Below, one piece after another: positions 39,101 to 50,620 of a stretch of 64,000 bases of DNA (positions are counted from its first letter, which is position 1; every line of letters begins with the position of its first letter). Below the pieces are notes generated by a model, which saw only the letters and a list, made by a program, of their open reading frames with translations, searched no databases and was not told where the DNA came from. The position numbers and the translations under genes are program-made. Source of the stretch: Eremomyces bilateralis CBS 781.70 (lineage: Eukaryota). The DNA lies in assembly GCA_010015585.1 (NCBI GenBank), contig ML975149.1. One strand, 5' to 3'.

Positions 39101-39150
39101 AAAGGAACGAAACTCGCCCAACCGCGAGTGAAAGGCGACAATGAATTCAT
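36124..39150 (-). CDS. ROT2: ER glucosidase II alpha subunit (GH31)
   Basis: Signal peptide exon then VKHENFKTCDQSGFCKRNR, GYHQCRWNY, WLDIEY, WNDMNEPSVF (nucleophile), WTGDN, GADVGGF, FFRAHAHIDTRRREP; two introns. Confidence 0.96.
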
Positions 39151-39755
39151 CGCTACATGTGGGTGTATGCGGTCAACAATCCGACATACTTAACTACAAG
39201 ACACAAAACACTTTCAAGGTAGTTGTCAAGGAGTGAGACCAGGTGTCGGGGCTCAGGCGCGCTCCAAGCAAAGGGGGGTGTGAATGTATCACTTTCGAGT
39301 TGATATATGGACATAGCTGAGCTTCCGCCTTCGGAGTTCAGACTTCAGGCAACACAAGTCTCAACGGAAGCCTTAACTACAATGTGCGGTAACTATTAGT
39401 AATTACTAATTAGTAGCTAATTGCCCACAGCTAAATACTGACTGAGCGGAGATAGCTTCCAAGTTCCATCGGTGCACTACTGTACAGTAAACAACTCACA
39501 GCTGTACTATATGTAACTATCAGGGTCTAGAGTTTAGCTTGACAGCGTGAGACGTGAGAGGTGAGACCACACCACCACCAAGTCCACAACCCCACCAACG
39601 CATATTTCAATTCAACATTCGGCTCGCATTTTCTCCTCACATCTTGATAACCTGCTTCCTTGAACCACATTGCTATACTTGACTCCAGCACCGTTGGATT
39701 CTTCCCCTCTTCTACTCTAGCTTATTGAGATCGTGTCTTCTTGACCCAACTCACC

Positions 39756-40502
39756 ATGTCGACCGAACAGACGTACGTTTCCCCCCGCACATCCCCCGAA
39801 ACAATGGCGGTGACGCTCACCCGTTGACAGATTCATTGCCATCAAGCCTGACGGCGTTCAGGTATGATTTGCATGCGAGCACCAATTGAGGACTGGACTC
39901 TAATATGAGACCTTCTAGCGCGGCCTCGTCGGTCCCATCATCTCTCGCTTCGAGAGCCGTGGGTACGTTGATTAAATCTCCTCTCCGCCTCACACTAATA
40001 CATCTGGCAGATACAAGCTCGTTGCCATCAAGCTCATGACCGCTTCCAAGGAGCATCTGGAGAACCACTATTCCGACCTGGCTGGCAAGCCTTTCTTCCC
40101 CGGTCTCATCGCCTGTAAGCTCGACGAATCCCCTACGGAACACCGCTGTGCTACCCAGGAATTCCCTACTGATTGCAACTCGATACAGACATGGGCAGCG
40201 GCCCCATCTGCGCCATGGTTTGGGAGGGACGTGAGGTTGTCAAGATGGGCCGCGCCATGTTGGGCGCAACCAACCCTCTGGCTTCCGCCCCTGGCACCAT
40301 CCGTGGAGATTACTGCATCGTGAGTCTGGCTCCTTGATTCTAGGGTGACGCGTGCTAAGATATCCAGGATGTTGGACGCAATATCTGCCATGGTTCCGAC
40401 AGTGTTGATGCTGCCAAGAAGGAAATTGCCCTCTGGTTCAAGCCGGAAGAGGTACAAAGCTGGAAGCCGGCACAGTTCGACTGGGTCTACGAGAAGGCCT
40501 AA
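39756..40502 (+). CDS. NDK1: Nucleoside diphosphate kinase, 6 exons
   Basis: Spliced translation [74 protein letters not shown] 40500-40502. Confidence 0.96.
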
Positions 40503-40878
40503 ATTGTCACCACGAAAGGTCTGTCACCTTCCAGTTGCAACGACTATCAAGATTGGGGGGAACCGGTTTGACCATGGTTGGCCATTCCCAGTAACGAAGA
40601 TACTAGACGATCAATTCAAAAGTCATATGCATATACATTCCATGATATTATCCTGTTAGATGATGTTTGCATACCCGAGTGTGAAGCAGTCTCCAAAGAT
40701 TTCCCGCAGGATTTCTGCAGATTTCCTGCAGATTTCCTAACTGCTAAGTACCGGACTAAGTTAGTTAACTAGTTACCAGTATTCCAGACTCCAGTAGGTT
40801 GTAGCTACCCCACTAAAGTTTTCAGTACATGGCGGTTGGCCACTGCTAGTACGACGTACCACAAAATCTCATCTTCCA

Positions 40879-42252
40879 ATGTCCGAAATAAGTATTTGAT
40901 TACCTGTACTATTATGTTTTCCTACACTTGATTCCTTTGACTAAATAGCCCCAGGACTTGCACGCGGACGAGTGGACGGAGAAGAAATGAACGCAGTAAG
41001 TTCGCAAGGTCGAGCCTGTCTCGGTACTTTGATCACTGACAAACATCATAGCCACATGAGTATACAGGGCCAGAGCCGGTCAACTGGGAATCAAAGGCGG
41101 AAGAGCTTGTTCAGTCCTTCATCACAGAGGAGAAGAATGTTTTTAGGAGGTACAGGATATGTTTGGCGAAGTGCCCTGAGGATTCCAGCGAGCTGACCAT
41201 GTCAGAAATCACGGGGAAATCCCTCAGCTGGGCGACGAACACATTGTTCGTATCGATGGGGCGGTCTCGAATCCAATAAACCTCACGATCCATGAACTGG
41301 CCAATAAGTTCAAGCAAGCCACAATCACATCCGCTCTCCAATGTGCGGGGAATCGCCGTCATACTATGCGAACGGAGCTGCACGAGGTCCAAGGGATCGA
41401 CTGGTTTGACGGCGCAGTCATGAACGGTGTTTGGACGGGACCACGAATCCGAGATGTACTACTCAAAGTAGGCCTTGATCAAAAGGCTCAAGAGGAGATG
41501 GGGTCGTGGCACGTCCAGTTTGCCTGTCTAGGGTTCGACTGCCAGGACGATTCATATTATGGATCGAGCATTTCGCTGGCAAGAGCTATGGATTATGGAA
41601 AGGATGCTATTCTCGCACTTCAAGTAAGAATGTCCCCTCAAACCTCTCGGGCATCTCGTTGACTTCTCAGCTGAATGGCAAACCCTTGCTGGCGGATTTC
41701 GGTGGACCGGTTCGTGTCCTCATCCCTGGTGTGTGTGGAGCAAGATCCGTCAAATGGGTGAGCCAGATCACCGTGACGGATCAGTCATCACCCAATTTCT
41801 ATCAAACGTTCGACTACAAAGTACTTCCACCGGAAGCCACGGGTGAAAACGCCCATCTATTCTGGGATAAAGTGCCTCCGCTCATGGGACTTCCCGTCAA
41901 CTCAGCAATTGCCCTCCCGAGAAATGGATCCACCGTCCATCGGGACATAGATGGGCTTATTGAGGTCAAAGGATATGCGGTTCCAGGCGGGGATAACGGA
42001 CCGATCACGAAGGTTGAAATCAGCGTTGACGACGGCAACTCATGGCAGGAGGCGCAAATCACTTGTCCAAGCCCGTCCAGGTGGTGTTGGAGCTTATGGC
42101 AAGCGAGAGTGTCTCCGAACCCCGGAAAAGTTACCATCCTAAGTCGGGCCCATGACCAACGGGATATGCAAGACGGCAATTCGGTGTGGAATTTAAGGGG
42201 CGTCGCGTACAGTGGATATGGTCAAGCGAAGGATATCCACATCGTGGAATGA
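40879..42252 (+). CDS. Sulfite oxidase-family molybdopterin oxidoreductase lacking a cytochrome b5 domain
   Basis: RNHG, LQCAGNRR (Mo-ligating Cys), WTGPRIRDVL, LNGKPL..DFGGPVRVLIPGVCGARSVKW, KVEISVDDGNSW, WNLRGVAYSG; four introns. First micro-exon/start tentative. Confidence 0.88.
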
Positions 42253-42725
42253 TGGATAGAAGAACCTCTCCTCACTCGCCTTCATCTTGTTAACGCAAAT
42301 GGGCGGTCGACAACATCTTCAATCAATAGACGTACGATACGTAAACCTAAATATCTCGATTAAACTTACAAGCTTAGGATCGTAGATATTATGCACTGTG
42401 CTTTCGAAGGTTGGAGTCAGTCAGGTCAGTGGCAGATGGATGTAGCTGCCTTAGTGCCTTAGTGCCTTGAGCGTGCCCACTTGCCCTCCTGCAACCAACA
42501 ATCACTATTTACACCATGTGAAAGCATCGCGAACCTCCATAATTACAGCTCTTCAATCGCCGAATATCCAAAATAGCAATTTGCTACTGCCATTGATTTG
42601 CAGAGAGTTGCTGAAATGAAGGCTCTCTGAAACCATGGAATTTTCAGCATCCTGTCTGATCTTTTTCTTTCACGCGCCTTGAACCACCGACCTTGTTGCA
42701 TTGTCACGACTCGACAGCGCGCATC

Positions 42726-45700
42726 ATGGCTGATACCACTTTACCTGTGCCGATCGCCACCTTATCCCCCCTGGAACATGTATCAGACGAGGATCGAAGG
42801 GTATGCGCAATCGTCACGCTCGTTTGGCCATTCTCCTCCTCCCAGTCCAGTTTTGCCCTACTCCTCGCTGAACCCGATGTCCGCCTTCGGATGAGAAGAG
42901 GTCAGATAATGGCTCGTTTCCATGGTGAGATCGCGCGGAGAGTGGCTGAATGCCAGGTGGGGATTGGAGACGAGGTGTTCCTTCACCTTAAAGGGGCAAC
43001 GTGGGTACGGAATCTGGAGGAGAGTATGACTCCCGGACGAAGTGTTGAATGGGCGCTTCAATACGACAATGCAGTGAGAATGAAGGTGAGTTTCGCACCC
43101 TCAAGCCACAAGCACAATATGTTGACTTCCACTTTCTAGGTCCTCCGGTCAGGCCAGGTCTCCGCGGACCTCGATATATCACGACCCAGTTCACCTCAGG
43201 AAGAACCTCGACGAGCTGCACCGGCATGTGACAATAACTCCCAACTTATTGAGAAGCAGCACGGGTCGCGAGTGGGTATTTTGTCACAAGATGCACCGGA
43301 GGAAGAGACGCTGTCATCCCCCGCATTCCATAAGCGGTATCGGTACTCTGCTGGATCACATGTTGATTCTGTATTCGACCCTTTTGTATCGGCGGCACCC
43401 CATAACCCGGAACCACCGAAGAAGAAAAGGAAGAGCTGGATGGGCATACGAACTTGGAAAGTTTCTGACCGTAGTTCCTCTCCAGAAGACGTGGAAAGGC
43501 TTTCAATGAATGAAGATGAAGACTTCGACGATGCTCAACTCTCTATCGCACGTCAAAACTTGCCAGATGCAACACCTTCTCCAAGGCACTCACTGGCTGG
43601 GGATGACATATATCGATCAACCATTGAACATGGTACAACATATCGAAACAGCGGCTCCACTGTGCCTGCGTATAATACCGCAACTGCTCCGACTGACATG
43701 TTTTCAACCCCCACTCCTCACTTTGTCTCACGACCGGAACTGGAATTGGACAAGTCCACTAGCCACCACTTGGATTCCTCACAGGAGGTGGATACAAGCT
43801 CAGCGGTTCAAATGGCTAATGATTTAGACGACAATGAAGAACTGAGCAATGCCACTCGACTTGAAGATGCTGTTGAAGTTGTCAGTGTGCAAGGGGGGTC
43901 AACAGAGACTTCTGCCAGTGATGAAATATCCGAAGTCGATGGAGGGAGGAGAACGGAACTACGTGAAGATCAACACGGGGTCCACCATCATGCATACCAA
44001 GGCAACTTCCAAGAGGACATCGTGGGAGACGATGAATTACACAGCGAGGAAAGCTTCTCAGGCTCAGAAGACACTGAGTTCTCCGAATCGGAGCGTATGA
44101 TGGAACCCCAACCTGGAGAGGACGAAGAGTCTCCCTACGAGACCGATGACGGCCAGCAGATCCATGACAATTCTAGCTCTGGGTACTATGAAGAAGAAGA
44201 GGATGCGACACCTCAAGCCGACACCCACTTTCACGACGTTGTGGTCATTACTGACAGCGAGGAGGATACTGAAGAAGATGCGCAGCGCACCGTCGGCGAC
44301 GAAAGTGGATACCAACATATCCACCAGGACACTCGCGACCAGTTGAGTATCCTAGATGAAGACATTTCGAGGGAGAATATGAACCCAATAGATGGGCAAC
44401 AGCTTATGGTGTCAAACATCGAGCAATTTGGAATGTTTCATTCACAGTCGATAGTACCGGAACCAACGCATCTCGGAATTCCGTCCGAGCACATTGGTGA
44501 TACTGACTATCCAGCGATACCGTACTTTATCGACCCTGTTTCCCGTCCATTCAGCGATACCCAGCCTAGAGATGCCCCTGAATACGACGCTGAAGGTGTA
44601 TCGCAATATGACGACGAACCGATGACAGCCACTGAGAGCTATGAGAGATCGTTCCCGTTTAGCTTGGACGGCTCAGCTTCTTCGTCTGTTCGGCGTTTTC
44701 CAGCGCCACCCCCTCCAAAAACCAGCCACGATGAGCATGATATAATGGATCAGCTGGTCGACGGTTCTGCAATTGATGAGACAAGTCAGGTGCAGATGAC
44801 TCCTCTAGGATCTAGCGCTGCGCGCTTTGTTGGCGAAACAGATAGGGTCAGAGCGATCCACCATGAATCGACAGTGCATGAGGCCATGGGAGATATCCAA
44901 AGTTCTTCCAAGGAGCTGATATATGTCGAAGACGAAGAGCAAGATGGCCCGAAAGACGGTAAAGGGCCGAAAGGGGTCGCGGAGGAAGCGTTACATGCGC
45001 CATCCCAGGGCCTGGAACTGGATTCTCGTCTTTCGAATTGGGACCCAGCCCAGCCATTCAACATGACACCTGCGATCGAGCAAGATTTGCCACCCATGGA
45101 CTACAAATGGGCACCGAAGACGCCAGATGCGAGTCAGCCGCTGCAATCCCAGCTTATCGAAACGTGGAGCGAACATTCTTTCCATGGGAACCAACTCCCG
45201 CTGACACCAATGCTCACCCAGGAGTCTACTGCCGTTCGAAATGAGGCACAACCTTTTCGTGCGGGTCAGGATTCCGAATTTCCACCTCAACAAGTTTACG
45301 AAGAGCATCGAAAGAAACAAGTTAATCACATGCCTGATGTTCTTAGCCCATGGTTTACTCCTAGGCATGCTGAAAATCTTGCAGAAGAGCGATTTGGGCC
45401 GCTAATGAATGATGGCCAAATCGTGGACGAACAACAGGGCGAACATCAAGGCGAACATCAGGGAGAACATCAGGACGAGCATCAGGACGAGCATCAGGGC
45501 GAGCATCAGGGCAAGCATCAGGGCGAGCATCGGGACGAGCATCAGGACGAGCACCAGGACGATCATAAAGGGGAACACCAGGGCACACATCAGGGCGAGG
45601 ATCGGAGCGAACATCGGGACGAAAACGCAGCTGATCTAAGTTCCAAGGTGTCGCACGCCACGCCCAGTTCCGTTCCATTTAATGAGAATACGAATGGTCT

Positions 45701-46448
45701 GTTAGGGATTGCCGAAGACCAAGTTCCGACAGAGAGACATGACATACCCGCATTTCCGGGCGACACAATCGCTAAAAGGACTTGCAAGGGCCTCCGTACA
45801 AGGTTTTCCTACTATACTGCGTTGTCGGATCTGATATCCTACCTCAATATGCGTGCTCCGAGTCTTTGTTCCGCAATTAGCCTCGTAGTTCGCCCGCCTA
45901 GTCGACCCAAGCGTTCCAAATCAAGGCCACGGGACTTTTCGACGGTTCTCTCGATATCGTCCCCTGATATCTGGCCAGAAATGTGTCAGGTGCAGATATT
46001 CCGCCCTTGGCGCACTGCGTTACCGTTGGCTACCAAGGGTGACGTGATTCTACTCAGCGAGATGAGGGCTGTTATGCATAAAGGAAAGGTTGGCATGATG
46101 AGTGCGCAAAGCAGTGCGTGGTGCGTTTGGCGTTATGAGCCTCCGTCCACACAGAGGGATCACAGCCTTGATGCAGCCAACGGCGCGAATGAACGCGTTC
46201 AAGCCACAGAGGATATGACAGGTCCACCGCTTGAGATCGGAGACGAAGAACGAGCCGCGGTCAATGAGGTTAGGGAATGGTTCTTGCAGGACCTGGAGGA
46301 TCTTTTACAGGGGCGCTTCGAGGACCCTGATGAGAGCAGCGACGCCGAACCAAGCCAACATGCTGGCACTGTACGAGATCAAGTCACCGCGGAACCGCGT
46401 CATACCTCATTGTCGTCACCAGTGGTAGCGGCGAATGGTGCTGCATAG
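42726..46448 (+). CDS. Large protein with N- and C-terminal OB-fold-like domains (POT1/Telo_bind-like) and long acidic linker
   Basis: Exon 1 AIVTLVWPFSSS..LLLAEPDVRLR..GQIMARFHG..VGIGDEVFL; intron 43086-43140; C-terminal GLRTRFSYY, RPKRSKSRPRDF, VQIFRPWRTALP..KGDVILL, SSAWCVW, GPPLEIGDEE resemble Pot1 OB1. Confidence 0.75.
45435..45620 (+). repeat. Coding minisatellite, about 15 degenerate 12-bp units (CAGGGCGAGCAT-like) encoding (Q-G/D-E-H)n
   Basis: Visible tandem units; translation QGEHQGEHQGEHQDEHQDEHQGEHQGKHQGEHRDEHQDEHQDDHKGEHQGTH. Confidence 0.95.
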
Positions 46449-47212
46449 CTTGTCCGTCGGCTCGACCTTATGTTCTCCACCACTTTCGAGATGTACCTAG
46501 ATCCGACCAGAAACTCCAGGACGAAAATAGGATAGACCAACCTGAAAACCATTCCACCGTGATCATTCGGTTGAACACCATTTATTGTGTCGTCGTCGGG
46601 GACAAACTGAGGGGCCGGACGAGAGAGGAGCATCATGTGTACATTGCATGTGATCGCTTGGCAGTTTTGGACCATTGGCCTTGTTGCCTTCGAGTCTAGA
46701 CCGGACGGGTGGGACGTGGACCGTCCGTCACTGCCGCAACTTCGCCTTAAAGTGTTCCACCTTATATCCTCAACGCTATACCTCTTTCAGAAATGTGGTG
46801 TGATATCTTCGCAAGTTGCCAATAATCCACAGCGCTTCCAAACACTCTGGACAGACTGCCATTCGGAACCCCACGACGGTGATCATCGATCGGTTTGAAA
46901 TGTGTTTGGGACATAAGGCTAGTAAAACGCAGAGATTGAATCCTCGTGTGCATTGCGCAATTCTCAAGCATTTCATTTTACATTATAGACTAGTCAAACC
47001 AATCCACACCCATCGGACTCTCGCAAGTCCAACATCAATCCAAGCCAGGCCTGAACCTGCATTATTGATCCCTCCGTCCAAGTCCTTCCCTCCATAGCCC
47101 TCGACTGAGTCGACTCTAGTCTCTACACATCGTATCGCCGAAGTGGCGCCACATCCATCCGATCCTCACGCCTTCTTCTCCCAACTTCTGATCTCCTCAC
47201 GCCACCTCCACT

Positions 47213-48562
47213 ATGCCTGTGTCTTCGTCCTACATGACGGGCAATCCTATAGAGATGCCTTACCAGTACATGCCTCGCGATGAGGAGCGAGGTACCAGGC
47301 CAAATAATAAGCGGTCACAGTCACAGTCGCATTCACAATCAAACCCCAACCTGAACGCCGATTCCCCGGGCAACTTCGCCTGGCAACAGGTAGACGACAT
47401 CTTCACCTATCCTCTCTTCGACGAACTCGATTTTAACGGCGACAATATCCTTCACACGCCGAATTTGTTCTTAGACGCCATGTCGCAGACCATTCCAGAT
47501 CCACCGGCACCGTTGCCATTATCTACCTCGATGGATCCGTTCCAGTCAAGTACGGAGCAGAACACTCCCTCCACATCTGTATCTCTCGTGTCCGGAGAGG
47601 GACCCATGGCCCAGCTGATCCTCGACGATTTCCCCGAAGATATGTTGAACGGTTCGATATCGAAGCATTCTCCTCACTACCGTGTCTCCCCGCATCAACG
47701 GTTCTCGAACGGCCCTCTTGATGCCGACGAGAGAGAGGTCGCGATCATGCCCTCGGTGGAGAGGGAAGATGCCGAAGGCCAACGATCAAACGCCGATCTC
47801 AAAAGGTCCCGGGGTGAACAACCAGATTCACGATCAGCGTGTTGGACGTCGCCGTTATGCCCTAATCATACAAAACAAGGGACTCCCCCAGATCCCTCGA
47901 CGTGTGGAGCCGCCTGCGCGCCATTTCTTTTTGGTGAGATTCCCGAGTCGAACGAAGACCCCATTCTCTTCCGCGATCCCAACGAACTCACATCACAAAC
48001 CATTCCTCTCCGTGAAGCGACCACCGGCAAAGGCGACGGGTCGGTCAAACGAGAATCGGGGGAGACACAATCCCCTGATAATCCCGCCTTAGCAACAAAT
48101 CCAGACGTTCCCGTTCCATCCACCCAGGCCACGTCCAAGTCCAAAAAGCGAGTCCCGCATAATCAAGTCGAGCGAAAATACCGAGAATCATTAAACACAC
48201 AGCTCGAAGCCCTGAAAAATGTCGTTCCATCTTTGAATCCGTCGTCCTATTCAGCCACCGCGGATCCCACGGGGTTCATCAACGCCAGTCGCATCGCCAA
48301 TGGCTTGCTTCCTTGCGACGCCGGAGACATTGAGGATCTGGCATCAACCAACAAGCCTAGCAAGGCGGTAATCCTCGCAAGCGCGACGTCGTACATCAAA
48401 CAGGTCGAAAGGGAAAAGTCTAAACTAGCGGAGGAGAACGAGAAACTGAAGGCCAGAATCAAAGCGCTACAAGCCTTGGTGAAGTGTGATGATTGCAGTC
48501 TGATGCGTTATGTCATGGATCTGAAGATACAACCTGGCGCAAGAGGGCCGGTGAATGGCTGA
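47213..48562 (+). CDS. bHLH-zipper transcription factor with SREBP-type Tyr in the basic region
   Basis: KKRVPHNQVERKYRESLN...KPSKAVILASATSYIKQVE followed by a leucine zipper; intronless 449-aa ORF; no transmembrane segment. Confidence 0.9.
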   Translation: MPVSSSYMTGNPIEMPYQYMPRDEERGTRPNNKRSQSQSHSQSNPNLNADSPGNFAWQQVDDIFTYPLFDELDFNGDNILHTPNLFLDAMSQTIPDPPAPLPLSTSMDPFQSSTEQNTPSTSVSLVSGEGPMAQLILDDFPEDMLNGSISKHSPHYRVSPHQRFSNGPLDADEREVAIMPSVEREDAEGQRSNADLKRSRGEQPDSRSACWTSPLCPNHTKQGTPPDPSTCGAACAPFLFGEIPESNEDPILFRDPNELTSQTIPLREATTGKGDGSVKRESGETQSPDNPALATNPDVPVPSTQATSKSKKRVPHNQVERKYRESLNTQLEALKNVVPSLNPSSYSATADPTGFINASRIANGLLPCDAGDIEDLASTNKPSKAVILASATSYIKQVEREKSKLAEENEKLKARIKALQALVKCDDCSLMRYVMDLKIQPGARGPVNG

Positions 48563-48600
48563 CGTTTCATGAGTGGGGTGGTCAATTTTCCTATGGGGAT

Positions 48601-50177
48601 CTATTCATCCTTTAGCACCGAGTTTTTGCGGCGGATCTCATGTACATTCATATGCATGTCAACCCAGAAATCCCTCCCTCTCCAGTTCACACTTGCGCCT
48701 CCGTAGGCTGCCCAAAGCCATATTGGAAAGGCCAATGTTTCACGCCCGACCCAAGCGAGGAACCACTCAGCAAAGGATCGGTCCTGTCCCTGAACAAATA
48801 GGGACGTTTCCGCATTCCATTCCAAGCTTGCGCCCGAATGTAAGAGTTTGTATTGATTGTAATCGACGAGAGCCCACAGCAGGACACTCATCAACCAGAA
48901 TGTGGCGAAAGCGGTCCATGTCGGCGCGATACCCAGCGTAGATTGGAACCAAGGTAACGTTGTGATAGCGAACGCTCCATATGCCGAGCAGAGAAAGCTC
49001 TCCGTCCCGGGCTCAGCCAATGTAGCAAGGGTGACGGTGTACTTTCGTACTCGAAGCCATCGCACACGTCGTGCAAAGTATTCCGACACGCTCATGCGGG
49101 ACATGGGCTGGATTGCCAGGTCACCAAAACAAAGTGCATGCTGCCCCCACGGGACCGCATGATCGTGATCATCGGAATCGAGCAGATTCGGCGGTACAGG
49201 TGACTTCCAGAGGAGATCTCCAATCATGTGGTCCTCGCAGATATTACGGGAGAAGTAGTCGATGCCCTGGTTCTTGGTCAGGGCATTGAGGTGAGAACGA
49301 CGGAACATGTTGGATTTCCCCACGATACAGGGAGCGATGGAGACCGTATTGATGGCTGTATAGAATTTGGCATGGGAAGTGGCCAGGAACATCTCTTCGA
49401 GGCGGCCGCCTTTGGTTTTGAACCAATCCTTGCAGGACCCGAATCGTGTAAATCGCGAGCAAGAGGTGCTTTCCCTGGAGTCGCGTGACTTGGGGTCCCG
49501 TTGACATTCCGATTGTTCGCTGGTCTCGACATCTACCACAAGGGGTAGTTGATGGACAAATTTGTACTTCCGCCGTCCGCCAGTGCCGCACAATGTATCG
49601 ACCATTCGGCCAGCGACACCTGGACCTACCCACACATTGCAGTCAATGACCCAGACGATGTCACCTTTCGCTTCCCGATATGCTCTACTCATGTTGCGTA
49701 TCTTCGGGTTTGGTCCGAGGCGTTGGCCTTTGCATCCTTGAAGTTCGGCATCCTCTTCCTCCACCAACAACGCCGTGTCAAACTCCGGAAAGGCGCGGAT
49801 GAGCTCCTGAAGAATCGGAAAGGATGGATCTTCTTTGGATTCGACGCAGAAGCATATAGTGAGGCTATTCCGTGGGTAGGTCTGACGGAAGGTCGATGCA
49901 AGGCAGGAATAAAGTTTCGGTTCGTATCCTTTGACAGGACGGATGATGGTGATGTGAGGGGGTTGCGGAGGTTGCGGAGGCCGCGGAGGTCGCGGAACAT
50001 TGGTCTGGATGCATCGCGGTGGTTTGGGGCGTCTTGAATAATGCCTCTGCCTATTTCACGTTAGAGTGCCCGGTAGAGTAATAGCTTCTCTGCATACAGT
50101 TGGACGAAACCTATGGTACATATAAGGGCCACCACAATGTACCAAAGCAGGCATATGACAGCGATGATGATGAGCAT
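48601..50177 (-). CDS. GCS1: Ceramide glucosyltransferase (glucosylceramide synthase, GT21)
   Basis: N-terminal TM exon, intron 50051-50097, HVTIIRPVKG, LGPNPKIRNMS, DIVWVIDCN, CIVGKSNMFR, CEDH, RRVRWLRVRK. Start codon tentative. Confidence 0.92.
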
Positions 50178-50620
50178 TTGAGGCACATGCCAAGCAGGAA
50201 CGAACCTCTTGGGGGCCAAGGATTAGATTAACATGGGGGTATCGACCGGTTACGATTGTATCAGTTCATGCGAGGACTCCGTACGGACAAATGACGATAA
50301 TACTGTAACTTGGAGACACCAATGACCAAAATTGGGGGCGAGATATACCCACTTTCCCATGGATGTAGAGGGGAAAAACCGTCCAATCAAAACGCATTAT
50401 GCTTGACGACCAGGATTGACCCACCAGCATTATGTACGTACTATTTACCAGACTCTGCTCGAAGAGGCAATTCTTCAGCGGGCGATAATTTTATTAAAAT
50501 GACCTTGAAAGCTTGCGCTGCTTGTACTGCTCTATGTCTCTATGAATGTAACTTGAAATTCCACTTGAAATGGCCTCCCCGTTTTGAGATCTTATACACA
50601 GCATGATCGAGCTGGCAACC

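Noticed and set aside
39395..39422. AT palindrome ATTAGTAATTACTAAT and similar TA-rich patch at about 40740-40780 flanking NDK1
   Set aside because: Low complexity; the two patches do not form matching termini.
28933..46448. STN1 and a POT1-like gene as a telomere gene cluster
   Set aside because: 13 kb apart with six unrelated genes between; no telomeric repeats or telomerase-template-like sequence seen.
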